A DNA stretch of 64,000 nucleotides from Nitrincola iocasae (GTDB lineage: Bacteria > Pseudomonadota > Gammaproteobacteria > Pseudomonadales > Balneatricaceae): assembly GCF_008727795.1 (NCBI RefSeq), contig NZ_CP044222.1:3632686-3696685 (forward strand), written 5' to 3'. Positions 11,507 to 20,606 of this stretch are shown in pieces; the first letter of the stretch is position 1, and every line of letters starts with the position of its first letter. A model generated the notes under the pieces. The model had not been told where the DNA came from and ran no database searches. It saw only the letters and a list, made by a program, of their open reading frames with translations. The translations under genes and the position numbers were made by a program.

Positions 11507-12127
11507 ATGAGTGACTACAAATCTCCTTTACGCATCGGTGTCGGTGGCCCGGTAGGTTCCGGTAAAACCGCACTGTTAGAAGTACTGTGCAAGGCAATCC
11601 GCGACCAATACAGCATCGCTGTGGTGACCAATGATATCTATACCCAGGAAGATGCCAAGATTCTGACCCGTGCCGAAGCACTGCCCGCGGATCGCATCGT
11701 CGGGGTTGAAACCGGCGGCTGCCCACATACCGCGATTCGTGAAGATGCCTCGATGAATCTCGCGGCCGTTGAAGAGCTCGCCAGACTGCATAAAGATCTG
11801 GATGTGGTGTTTGTCGAAAGTGGCGGTGATAACCTCAGCGCTACCTTCAGTCCGGAACTGGCCGACCTGACCATCTATGTCATCGATGTCGCCGAGGGTG
11901 AAAAAATTCCGCGCAAAGGTGGCCCCGGCATCACTAAATCCGACCTGCTGGTGATCAACAAGATCGACCTGGCACCCTATGTCGGCGCCAGTCTCGAAGT
12001 GATGGAAGCCGATACCCAACGCATGCGTCCAAACCGCCCTTATGTGTTCACCAACCTCAAGGAAGGCATCGGTCTGGATGTGATTATCGATTTTGTGATC
12101 AAACAGGGCATGCTGGATGCGGCCTGA
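11507..12127 (+). CDS. ureG: Urease accessory GTPase UreG.
   Basis: P-loop [13 protein letters not shown] and an NKIDL GTPase motif. Confidence 0.95.
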   Translation: MSDYKSPLRIGVGGPVGSGKTALLEVLCKAIRDQYSIAVVTNDIYTQEDAKILTRAEALPADRIVGVETGGCPHTAIREDASMNLAAVEELARLHKDLDVVFVESGGDNLSATFSPELADLTIYVIDVAEGEKIPRKGGPGITKSDLLVINKIDLAPYVGASLEVMEADTQRMRPNRPYVFTNLKEGIGLDVIIDFVIKQGMLDAA

Positions 12128-12142
12128 TAAGGATATGCCTGT

Positions 12143-13000
12143 ATGACCGACCTGAGCCAGCCCAGTATAGAACCGGATACCCAGGATGGCTGGCGCGCAC
12201 GCATTGCACTGGCCTACAGTCCTCGTCGTGAGCGTACCCGGCTGATCCACTGCCAGCGCATCGGGCCGTTATCTGTGCAGCGGGCGTTCTATCCGGAAGG
12301 CCCGGTTTGTCACAGCTATCTGCTGCACCCACCCGGTGGGGTTGTCGGGGGTGACCGGCTGGAAGTGGCGGTGCATGTACAGCCCGAAGCCCATACGCTG
12401 ATCACCACCCCCGGTGCGACCAAGTTTTATCGCTCCGGAGGACGTCTGGCACAGTATCGCCAGCATTTTCAGGTCGCCGAACAGGCCGCACTTGAATGGC
12501 TGCCCCAGGAGAATATCTTTTTTCCGGACAGCCGACTGGCAATGCAGACGCACATTGAGCTGCACAGCGAGTCACGCTTTATCGGCTGGGAGATGCAATG
12601 CCTGGGACGTCCGGTGATCAACGAATGCTTTGATCGAGGGCAGATACGCTCATCGCTAAAGCTCAGTATCGATGCAAAGCCACTGCTGATTGAGCACTTC
12701 AACTCTGAGGCTGACCAGTTGCAGCAGGCGTCAGCAGGCCTCAGAGGCTACCCCATGCAAGCCACCCTGCTGATCCATCCCGCTGATGACGCTCTACTGG
12801 AGCAGGTCAGGGCGGTATTTACCCAATCAGCCGATGCCACTATTCTGGCCGGTGCCACCCGACTCGACAGCCTGATCGTGGTGCGTCTGCTGGGCCATCA
12901 AACCGAACCGTTATTAAAGCAGATGATAGCTATCTGGCAGGCGGTACGACCCAACGTTATGGGCCGTCCGGCTTGTCTGCCACGGATCTGGGCAACCTGA
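12143..13000 (+). CDS. ureD: Urease accessory protein UreD/UreH.
   Basis: Operon position and UreD-like length and composition. Confidence 0.8.
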   Translation: MTDLSQPSIEPDTQDGWRARIALAYSPRRERTRLIHCQRIGPLSVQRAFYPEGPVCHSYLLHPPGGVVGGDRLEVAVHVQPEAHTLITTPGATKFYRSGGRLAQYRQHFQVAEQAALEWLPQENIFFPDSRLAMQTHIELHSESRFIGWEMQCLGRPVINECFDRGQIRSSLKLSIDAKPLLIEHFNSEADQLQQASAGLRGYPMQATLLIHPADDALLEQVRAVFTQSADATILAGATRLDSLIVVRLLGHQTEPLLKQMIAIWQAVRPNVMGRPACLPRIWAT

Positions 13001-13231
13001 GTTATCTATCTGGCCCATAACAAAACACCTCCTCGAACACCCGCAGCCCCCCCTACCTGATACGCATCTTGTTGTGATTCATTACCCGGTACCAAACTCA
13101 CTTCATATTGTATTCAGGTGCGATATTTTACAAAAAAAGGGGTTTATTTTAGAATCGATAACCGGAGTGAAGTTAAAAGCCTCTGCAAGGATGTATAGCA
13201 GAGTGAATCATCAAGGAATAAGGAAATAAAG

Positions 13232-14011
13232 ATGCCCAGTCTGTTAGATCTCGCAAAAGCATGTGAAGCCAGTTATCAAAATATCCCGGAACTTGAAGGA
13301 TGGACAAGACTTCAGCGTTACGGCCCCCGAACCAGTGGTTTTTTTGGCGTACTTTTCAGGCGACAATTAGACAATGGTATTTTTGAGAATATTTTAGCCT
13401 ACCGTGGTACAGATGGCCTTCTGGATGGCGATATGGCCAGCAATCGTGACATTCTCCGCGGGCGCATGGTCAGGCAGTTCCCCGATGCATTTGCTGCACT
13501 ACGCGATGCGCTGGAAAGAAGTGAAGGTCATGTGCTTTATATCACTGGCCACTCCTTAGGGGGTGGTTTGGCTGCCCTGTGTTCTGTGGATAAATGGCGT
13601 CGAGGCAGGCGCGATTTGCCAACAGTCACGTTTAATGCCCCCGGCGTCACGCGAAGTGCGCGCCATTTGTGGGGCAAAGGCTCTGTGCGCTTTGCTCGAG
13701 ACCGTGTTATGAATGGGCTGGACACATATTACAATAGCCACCGAAAATCGCTGCATGTACAAACGGAAGGCGACCCAGTTGCCAATTTTGGTACACCGAC
13801 CATGCGGGAGTTATTAACTCTACCAAACCTGGCGTGTGAATCAAGAGCACGAGAAACGCTCCCCGAAACCCATCGTCATCGCTCAGAATTAGGCATGGTT
13901 CCCACACTGCAACTCAGAACCTATACAGCCCTGTGCGCGCATAGCATCCGTAACCTGGTGCAAGTCCTTGAACGTGATCCCATCTATCAGGAGCCTCTCG
14001 AATGGTCATAA
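13232..14011 (+). CDS. Class 3 lipase-like alpha/beta hydrolase (GHSLGG nucleophile elbow). Candidate toxin/effector.
   Basis: ITGHSLGGGLAAL serine nucleophile motif characteristic of lipase_3/DUF2974-type hydrolases. No signal peptide. The 3' end overlaps the downstream lipoprotein gene. Confidence 0.6.
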   Translation: MPSLLDLAKACEASYQNIPELEGWTRLQRYGPRTSGFFGVLFRRQLDNGIFENILAYRGTDGLLDGDMASNRDILRGRMVRQFPDAFAALRDALERSEGHVLYITGHSLGGGLAALCSVDKWRRGRRDLPTVTFNAPGVTRSARHLWGKGSVRFARDRVMNGLDTYYNSHRKSLHVQTEGDPVANFGTPTMRELLTLPNLACESRARETLPETHRHRSELGMVPTLQLRTYTALCAHSIRNLVQVLERDPIYQEPLEWS

Positions 14012-14727
14012 AATTTAAACGGCTATTGGTGCTGGGCAGCCTTACGCTTCTGCTCAGCGCCTGTCAGGAAGTCAGCACTGAACCTGGGGTTTCTGCAGGG
14101 GACTTAAGTGCCGCCTGTAAGGAGTTTAATGATGGCCTGGTGTATAACACTGAGTTTGCTCGGGTGTTTTCATTAGAGCCAGATGATGCGGTTGAGCTGG
14201 ACTCTGGCCTGATGGCCGTGAGAGTGTATTGGACGGAGATGATTAACTTTCCCGACTCTCCCAAAATGCAGATGCAGCTCTATTTAGAACCGAGCGTGAA
14301 CCTGCAATTTCCCAAAGATGAAGGCACCCATAATGGTATAGAAGCGCTGATACGCAGTGGTTTTCGATACTTTTCACATCGCCCTTATGCTTATCCTGAT
14401 AATAACGATGAATTCAATTTTCGCTATGTGATTCAGGATGGTGATGAGCTGATGTCAGCCTATCTCTATCGCTACCGTACTAATCTGACCAGTACAGGCA
14501 TTCAAGCCATTGAGCTAGGCACAACATTTCGAAGGAACCCGGTGGTGTATTTGTATATTGGTGAAGAGCCAGTTGATCGAAGACGAGACTCACTATTAGC
14601 GAATGACTTGTCTCAGGGAAAGCGGCATAACCCTGATGAGTTTTTAAAGCTGCGTATCCCGTCTGAATTGCAGTCAGTCATGCAATCTCCTTATCGCCCT
14701 TGTCAGGGAACGACTGCGCAGCGATGA
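14002..14727 (+). CDS. Lipoprotein, copy 1 of a tandem paralogue pair. Candidate immunity protein.
   Basis: Lipobox LLLSAC after a hydrophobic leader. Nearly identical over most of its length to the next ORF. Confidence 0.6.
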   Translation: MVIKFKRLLVLGSLTLLLSACQEVSTEPGVSAGDLSAACKEFNDGLVYNTEFARVFSLEPDDAVELDSGLMAVRVYWTEMINFPDSPKMQMQLYLEPSVNLQFPKDEGTHNGIEALIRSGFRYFSHRPYAYPDNNDEFNFRYVIQDGDELMSAYLYRYRTNLTSTGIQAIELGTTFRRNPVVYLYIGEEPVDRRRDSLLANDLSQGKRHNPDEFLKLRIPSELQSVMQSPYRPCQGTTAQR

Positions 14728-15490
14728 ACCTACTCAATTTAGCAAAGCCGTCTGTACGGCTTTTAATCTTAAACTGTCTTACCCTCCTGCTCAGTGCCTG
14801 CCAGGAGGCAAGTACTGAGCCTGATCTTGCCGTTGCTACTACCGACCACAATGCAGCAGTAAGCACAACGACCTGCCAGGAATTTAACGACGGCCTGATA
14901 TATAACGCTGAATTTGCTCGGGTGTTTTCATTAGAGCCAGATGATGCGGTTGAGTTAGACCCTGGTTTGATGGCCGTGAGAGTGTATTGGACGGAGATGA
15001 TTAACTTTCCCGACTCTCCCAAAATGCAGATGCAGCTCTATTTAGAACCGAGCGTGAACCTGCAATTTCCCAAAGATGAAGGCACACATAATGGTATAGA
15101 AGCGCTGGTACGCAGTGGCTTTCGATATTTTTCTCACAGGTCGCCAGGGTATGACCGAAGTAACGATGAATTCAATTTTCGTTATGTGATTCAAGATGGT
15201 GATGAGTTGATGTCTGCCTATCTTTACCGCTATCGCACCAATCTCACAAGTTCAGGCATTCAAGCCATTGAGTTAGGTACAACGTTTCGAAGGAACCCGG
15301 TGGTGTATTTGTATATTGGTGAAGAGCCTCCACCTGATAATAGGCAAAACTTAGGTGCCCTTCAGCACGGTTTGGCGGCTGGGCAATCACATGATCCTGC
15401 TCGCTATCTCAAGCTGCATATTCCATCAGAATTGCAGCCCGCTATGCAGTCTCCTTACCGCCCTTGCCAGGGAACAACTGCGCAGCGATG
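14050..15490 (+). repeat. Tandem duplication with a period of about 759 bp covering the two lipoprotein genes.
   Basis: Long near-identical stretches, for example GCTCGGGTGTTTTCATTAGAGCCAGATGATGCGGTTGAG at 14157 and 14916. The ends are divergent. Confidence 0.85.
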
Positions 15491-15491
15491 A
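14724..15491 (+). CDS. Lipoprotein, copy 2 of the tandem paralogue pair.
   Basis: Start chosen at MNLLNL (ATGA overlap with copy 1). Lipobox LLLSAC. Shares long identical nucleotide stretches with copy 1 at a period of about 759 bp. Confidence 0.6.
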   Translation: MNLLNLAKPSVRLLILNCLTLLLSACQEASTEPDLAVATTDHNAAVSTTTCQEFNDGLIYNAEFARVFSLEPDDAVELDPGLMAVRVYWTEMINFPDSPKMQMQLYLEPSVNLQFPKDEGTHNGIEALVRSGFRYFSHRSPGYDRSNDEFNFRYVIQDGDELMSAYLYRYRTNLTSSGIQAIELGTTFRRNPVVYLYIGEEPPPDNRQNLGALQHGLAAGQSHDPARYLKLHIPSELQPAMQSPYRPCQGTTAQR

Positions 15492-15560
15492 GTTCACTCA
15501 ATTTAGCAGAGCCGTCTGAGCATCTTAAACACCGACTCGATAGCACAGAAATGCGTTGCC
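15484..15560 (+). pseudogene. Truncated third-copy junction remnant of the lipoprotein tandem array.
   Basis: Reproduces the copy-1/copy-2 junction (TTAQR-stop overlapping an ATG plus an LNLA.PS leader). It then diverges into sequence antisense to the EamA gene. Confidence 0.35.
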
Positions 15561-15586
15561 AGCCAACCGCAAGCATATTCATGTCT

Positions 15587-16504
15587 TCATACCGAGGCTT
15601 TTATATCAGACGGCTTTACAGCGCGGTGCCACAGGGTCGTTTTTATAAACATCACCGCATTGCCGATCAAAATCATGACCAGACCGGCCAAGGCTGGGAG
15701 GGTCCAGACATATCCTTCATAGAAGGTTGAAATACCGAGTGCGACCAACGGAAACAGCAAGGTGGCGTAGGCGGCGGGTCCAGCCCCTATCCGCCCTATC
15801 AGAGCAAAGTAGGCACCGAAGCCAATAACCGAACCGAAAATCGCCAGATAAAACAATGCGCCCAGATAGCTCATACGGGTATCCAGCACGAAGGGCGTAC
15901 CGCTGACCAACACAATACACAACAGCGTCAGGGCTCCATAACTCATGGCGTAGGCATTGGTGGATAGCAGATCCAGGCCTTTTCGCTGGTGACGCAAACT
16001 GATCATATTGCCCAGCGAAAAACCATAGGTACCCAGCAAGGCGCATCCCATGCCGAAAAACACCTCCAGGTCCAGTTGCTCACCACTGAGATCTGGCCAG
16101 AACAACAGCAGCATACCTGACAGGCCCAGGCCATTGGCCAGATAGATACGCGGGGTAATCGTTACCCGGAAGAACAACGCACTGTTGACCGCGTTAAACA
16201 GTACCGCCATGGAAAACACCACCGAGATTAGGCCCGAGGTGATGTACTGAGTGGCGGTGTAGAACAACAAAAAATTGAAGCAAAAGACACACATACCTTG
16301 CAGCAGGCAAAACAGGTGATCCCTGGTGCCAATGCGTCGCAGCCTCCCTGATAGCACCAGACAGATTAGCAATGTCGCACCAGCCAGGGCAAAACGGTAG
16401 AAAACCGACAAGGCCACAGGAACCTCGCCCAGTTGAAAGGCAATGGCAATCCAGGTAGTGCCCCAAATCAGTACAGTGGTGATATAGAGTATGGCATTCA
16501 TCAA
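15587..16504 (-). CDS. EamA/DMT-family transporter.
   Basis: Ten predicted TM helices and a duplicated EamA-like architecture. Confidence 0.8.
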   Translation of the reverse strand: MMNAILYITTVLIWGTTWIAIAFQLGEVPVALSVFYRFALAGATLLICLVLSGRLRRIGTRDHLFCLLQGMCVFCFNFLLFYTATQYITSGLISVVFSMAVLFNAVNSALFFRVTITPRIYLANGLGLSGMLLLFWPDLSGEQLDLEVFFGMGCALLGTYGFSLGNMISLRHQRKGLDLLSTNAYAMSYGALTLLCIVLVSGTPFVLDTRMSYLGALFYLAIFGSVIGFGAYFALIGRIGAGPAAYATLLFPLVALGISTFYEGYVWTLPALAGLVMILIGNAVMFIKTTLWHRAVKPSDIKASV

Positions 16505-16689
16505 GGCTCTCCGAGCGCTAAGCTAGCGGGTTCATGCATTCATTTTGCCCAGATAACGACTAAACTGCTTGTAGATTAGCGGTTAACACTTGCACATTCT
16601 TGCGCTTTTTTATCACGGCAGCGTCTGCACAGCTTGGCAAGCACCGCATTGCTGCTTACTATCCATAGAGATACCTATCAGGAGTCGGC

Positions 16690-17604
16690 ATGTCATCCCA
16701 TTACCAAGTCGTTGAACAAATGCTTATGCATAAAGCAGACCTCAGGGCCACTGGCAGCCTGAGCAATGACATGGGGTTAGCTCGCTGGTACAACAGTCAT
16801 GACCTGATCGAACTGGACTGTCCTAGTCATCACACCCTGAGCCTCTACGTTGCCGAAGGGCTGGAGTGTTATCGACGCACCCAAAATGGCTGGAAGAATG
16901 GCGGAGCTCCGGGACGCTTCTGCCTGATGCCCAAAGGTTTGGAGAGTGCCTGGGATGTACGGGGACCGCTGGAGTTTGTGCATCTGTACTTTACCGATCA
17001 GCATCTACTCAGTCTGGCAGAGCAGATATGGGATAGATCACCCGCCAGTCTGCAGTTGAATGAGCAGTACTTTGCTGAAGATGCCAGCATTACCGCACTC
17101 TATCAGCAGTTCCTGCTTAGCCTTGACTGGCAAGAACGCAGTCACCAGTTAGCACTTAGCAGCGCCAGTAACCTGTTGCTGATACACCTGCTCCGGAGCT
17201 TTTCCCAGTGCCAATGGCACTTGCCACGTGTGACGGGCGGCCTGGCACCCAGCCTGCTGAAACGCATTCAGGAATATATCGAAACCTATCTGGATCAACC
17301 CCTGCTGTTGCGCGATCTGGCTGAGCAGGCCTGCCTGAGTGAATACCACTTTTCCAGAATGTTCAGCCAAAGCCTCGGCATTGCGCCCCATCAATATGTT
17401 TTACAGCGTCGCTTACGGCGTGCCGAACAGTTATTGCAGAATAGCCCGCTTTCGTTGACTGAGATAGCCCAGCAATGTGGTTTCAGTTCATCCAGCCACT
17501 TCTCAAACCGCTTTCGTCAATCAAGAGGTATGCCCCCTTCTCAGCTACGTCAGGCGACTGAGAATAACGATACAAAACTAGTTCCTGACCAGAGGCCTTT
17601 GTAA
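16690..17604 (+). CDS. AraC-family transcriptional regulator.
   Basis: C-terminal dual HTH (LTEIAQQCGFSSSSHFSNRFRQ). Confidence 0.85.
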   Translation: MSSHYQVVEQMLMHKADLRATGSLSNDMGLARWYNSHDLIELDCPSHHTLSLYVAEGLECYRRTQNGWKNGGAPGRFCLMPKGLESAWDVRGPLEFVHLYFTDQHLLSLAEQIWDRSPASLQLNEQYFAEDASITALYQQFLLSLDWQERSHQLALSSASNLLLIHLLRSFSQCQWHLPRVTGGLAPSLLKRIQEYIETYLDQPLLLRDLAEQACLSEYHFSRMFSQSLGIAPHQYVLQRRLRRAEQLLQNSPLSLTEIAQQCGFSSSSHFSNRFRQSRGMPPSQLRQATENNDTKLVPDQRPL

Positions 17605-17760
17605 TGAATTACATCCTTCAACATCAGCAGACGCTCAATAACACCATCTGGTGCGCATCTGAGTGTGATTAACTGCTCGGGCCAGGCTCTCTCCAAAATA
17701 AAGATACCCAGCGGGTCTTTGCGAATACCCTAGCTGGTAGAACCAGAGTTTCTCGCCATG
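17590..17760 (-). pseudogene. Decayed remnant of a cupin-domain XRE regulator paralogue.
   Basis: About 50 nt at 17646-17695 match 20107-20160 inside the cupin gene at roughly 85 percent identity. The minus-strand translation gives ..DGVIERLLMLKDVIHY.., echoing the C-terminus of the intact protein. There is no start codon and no intact frame. Confidence 0.3.
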
Positions 17761-18014
17761 AAAACGAAACACGTTGTTGTCTTCGGTATTCGGCACATCA
17801 GAGGCTAAGATAACCTGAATACTCTTTTTAGAGAGTTGCCAAAGATTTTGCTACAGGAATCAATCATCATTTGTATTGTTCAAATGTGCTCCAAAAAGCA
17901 CTGTAAGATAGAGTAGATGCGTAAAAAACCGCAAGCTATAAAAATTAATAGAAATGGAACTTCTTTGTCTGGGATGTTCTCAATAATTAAAAGAAACACA
18001 GGAGTTTGATAAGA

Positions 18015-19925
18015 GTGCACGAGACTATTACTCTATTAGCTGGGCCAATTCTAAGGCGCACGACACCATCAGAGGTGGTATTCTGGTGGGTCACAGATGC
18101 GCCAGCCGAGCCCAGCCTAAATCTTATTCCTCTGACACCTGATTCGAACACGGCAATAGCTGTTGACTGCACTCTAGCGCATCAACAAATGCAAGCCGGT
18201 GACTCCCTGTATATTCATTTATTGAAAGTCACGCCGGCTCGCGAATTACCAACTGACAAAGAAATTGAGTATGACTTGCGTCTGAATGGTTTAGGCTGGA
18301 ATCACTGGGCAGAAGATCTGGTTTATCCCGGCCATAAAAAACCATTCTTTGTGATAAAGCCAAAACTGAGCCATATCTTGCATGGTTCTTGTCGAAAACC
18401 CCACCATGACTCTGGTGATGGATTAGTGCGTGTAGACACTCTGTTAGCATCCACGCCCACCGAAGAATGGCCGAGTTTACTGATCATGAACGGTGATCAA
18501 ATCTATGCCGATGATGTTGCCGGACCCATGCTCTGGGCTATACATCATTTAATCCCACATTTGGGAATGCCTGATGAAACCTTACCTTGTGTAGACGTTA
18601 AACAAGCCTCACGTCTGCACAATGATACCCCTTGCTATTATTATCGAGAATCATTACTGCCAAATACCGAAGCCAGCCAAAAAATGTTATCGCAAGTTTT
18701 TGGCGGTGCTCGCAAGCCAGTTTTCACCTCTGCTTCTGCACATAACCACTTGATATCCATAGCAGAAGTTCTTGCGATGTATCTACTGGTGTGGTCGCCG
18801 GAAGGCTGGAAAAAACTAAATAATGACACACAAAAAGCACTTCCGAATGGCTTAAGTGCAACTGAAGAAGAGCAATTTCGTCGAGAACGGCGAGTGCTAG
18901 AGGGTTTTATTCGCTCTTTACCTCAGATTCGACGTGCCATGGCCCATCTGCCGGTCGCCATGATTTTCGATGATCATGATGTCACTGATGACTGGAATCT
19001 AACCGCTGAATGGGAACAGACCGCCTATGGCCATCCCTTCTCAGCGCGCATTATTGGTAATGCGCTTTTAGGTTATTTACTCTGTCAGGGCTGGGGCAAT
19101 GCCCCTGAGCACTTTTCTGATGAGTTAATGGATCGCGTACAACATGCCCTGGAAAAACCCGGATCAGAGCAGCATGACCATTTGTTACAGGAGTTATTAG
19201 CCTTTTCCCAATGGCATTACCTTTGGCCAACAAGCCCTACGCTATTGGTACTCGATACCCGCACCCATCGCTGGCGTTCGGAAGAGTCCCTGGCTAAACC
19301 GTCTGGCCTGATGGACTGGGAGGCCTTAACTGACTTGCAACAACAGCTGATGAACCTGGATGCCGTTGTACTGGTCTCTCCCGCACCGATTTTTGGCGTT
19401 AAGTTAATTGAGAATATTCAACGCGTATTCACCTGGTTTGGTAAACCCTTGCTGGTAGATGCAGAAAACTGGATGGCTCACCCAGGATCTGCCTCTACAT
19501 TATTGAATATGTTTCGTCATGCTAAAACACCCAAACATTTCATTATATTATCCGGCGATGTGCATTACTCGTTTGTCTATAAAGTGCAATTACGCGGGAT
19601 CAACAGCCGACCTGATGTCTGGCAAATCACCAGCAGTGGTATTAAAAACGAATTTCCCAAACGCCTGTTAGATGTGTTTGATCGCTTAAATCGCTGGCTA
19701 TACTCACCTAAATCACCACTAAACTGGTTCACTCGACGCCGTCGAATGCGCGTCATACCGCATAAACCAGATCATGCCGATAAGGGTGAAAGACTCCTGA
19801 ATGCGTCAGGCATAGGCTTGGTTTCGCTTAATGATGATGGCTCGCCGAAGGCTGTCACTCAACTGTGTGCAGACGGCCGCGATGTGTACTTTAAACTTTC
19901 GGAAAGTGATGCTCGCTGGGATTAA
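18015..19925 (+). CDS. PhoD-like metallophosphatase. No signal peptide seen, so probably cytoplasmic.
   Basis: The PhoD_N-like start (LAGPILRRTTPSEVVFWW) begins at the very N-terminus. Metallophosphatase motifs GDQIYADD and FDDHDVTDDWN are present. GTG start at 18015 is preferred over TTG at 18006 because of its spacing from a GGAG Shine-Dalgarno sequence. Confidence 0.6.
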   Translation: MHETITLLAGPILRRTTPSEVVFWWVTDAPAEPSLNLIPLTPDSNTAIAVDCTLAHQQMQAGDSLYIHLLKVTPARELPTDKEIEYDLRLNGLGWNHWAEDLVYPGHKKPFFVIKPKLSHILHGSCRKPHHDSGDGLVRVDTLLASTPTEEWPSLLIMNGDQIYADDVAGPMLWAIHHLIPHLGMPDETLPCVDVKQASRLHNDTPCYYYRESLLPNTEASQKMLSQVFGGARKPVFTSASAHNHLISIAEVLAMYLLVWSPEGWKKLNNDTQKALPNGLSATEEEQFRRERRVLEGFIRSLPQIRRAMAHLPVAMIFDDHDVTDDWNLTAEWEQTAYGHPFSARIIGNALLGYLLCQGWGNAPEHFSDELMDRVQHALEKPGSEQHDHLLQELLAFSQWHYLWPTSPTLLVLDTRTHRWRSEESLAKPSGLMDWEALTDLQQQLMNLDAVVLVSPAPIFGVKLIENIQRVFTWFGKPLLVDAENWMAHPGSASTLLNMFRHAKTPKHFIILSGDVHYSFVYKVQLRGINSRPDVWQITSSGIKNEFPKRLLDVFDRLNRWLYSPKSPLNWFTRRRRMRVIPHKPDHADKGERLLNASGIGLVSLNDDGSPKAVTQLCADGRDVYFKLSESDARWD

Positions 19926-19936
19926 TTCGACCCTCA

Positions 19937-20488
19937 TCACGCATAATGAATCACATCCTCAAACACCAGTAGACCCTGACCGGCATTGCGATAACCATGC
20001 GGTTGGTCGGCATCAAAACACACAGTTTCCCCCGCCTGGTAACACTGCCATTCACCCGCCAGCCACAACTCCAACTCACCTTCCAGCACCAGTAAACGCT
20101 CCGTAACCCCCGTCTGGTGTGCATCTGAGTGTGATTCACTGCCCGGTGCCAGTCGTAGCTCCACCCATTCAAAGTTAACACTGGGATCAAAGGCAAAGCG
20201 TACCGTCACCTCAATACCCGGATCAGATTCAAGCGCATGTAAATGCTCATTGTCAGCCAAGGCTAGCGGATTAAAAGATAACCCTCCGACCAGGCGGGTG
20301 AAAGAGATCTGAAAACCGGTTGCAACCTTCCACAGGGTGGCAATGGTCGGACTGGATTCACCGCGTTCTATCTGTCCCAGCATGGCCTTGCTGACACCCG
20401 TTTGTGCTGCCGCGTGATCCAGACTCCAGCCCAGTGACCGTCTCAATTCGCGCAGACGTTTACCTAATGCCACAGTTACCTTCTCCAT
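19937..20488 (-). CDS. XRE-family HTH regulator with a C-terminal cupin domain.
   Basis: N-terminal HTH_3 (LRELRRSLGWSLDHAAAQTGVSKAMLGQIERGESSPTIATLWKVA) and a C-terminal cupin fold. Start chosen at the internal MEKVT. Confidence 0.8.
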   Translation of the reverse strand: MEKVTVALGKRLRELRRSLGWSLDHAAAQTGVSKAMLGQIERGESSPTIATLWKVATGFQISFTRLVGGLSFNPLALADNEHLHALESDPGIEVTVRFAFDPSVNFEWVELRLAPGSESHSDAHQTGVTERLLVLEGELELWLAGEWQCYQAGETVCFDADQPHGYRNAGQGLLVFEDVIHYA

Positions 20489-20606
20489 CCACCCGCCTGC
20501 TATCAAGAATATGATTTGTGCACTATAACGCACAATGCTATGCTCGCCAAATAATGCGCTATAACGCACAAACAGAACGCATAACCAGAGCTATCAGGAT
20601 CAGACC

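Noticed and set aside
11576-12250. 224-aa minus-strand ORF overlapping ureG.
   Set aside because: It is fully antisense to the strongly conserved UreG coding sequence. The frame is open because of GC-rich codon bias and it is not a gene.
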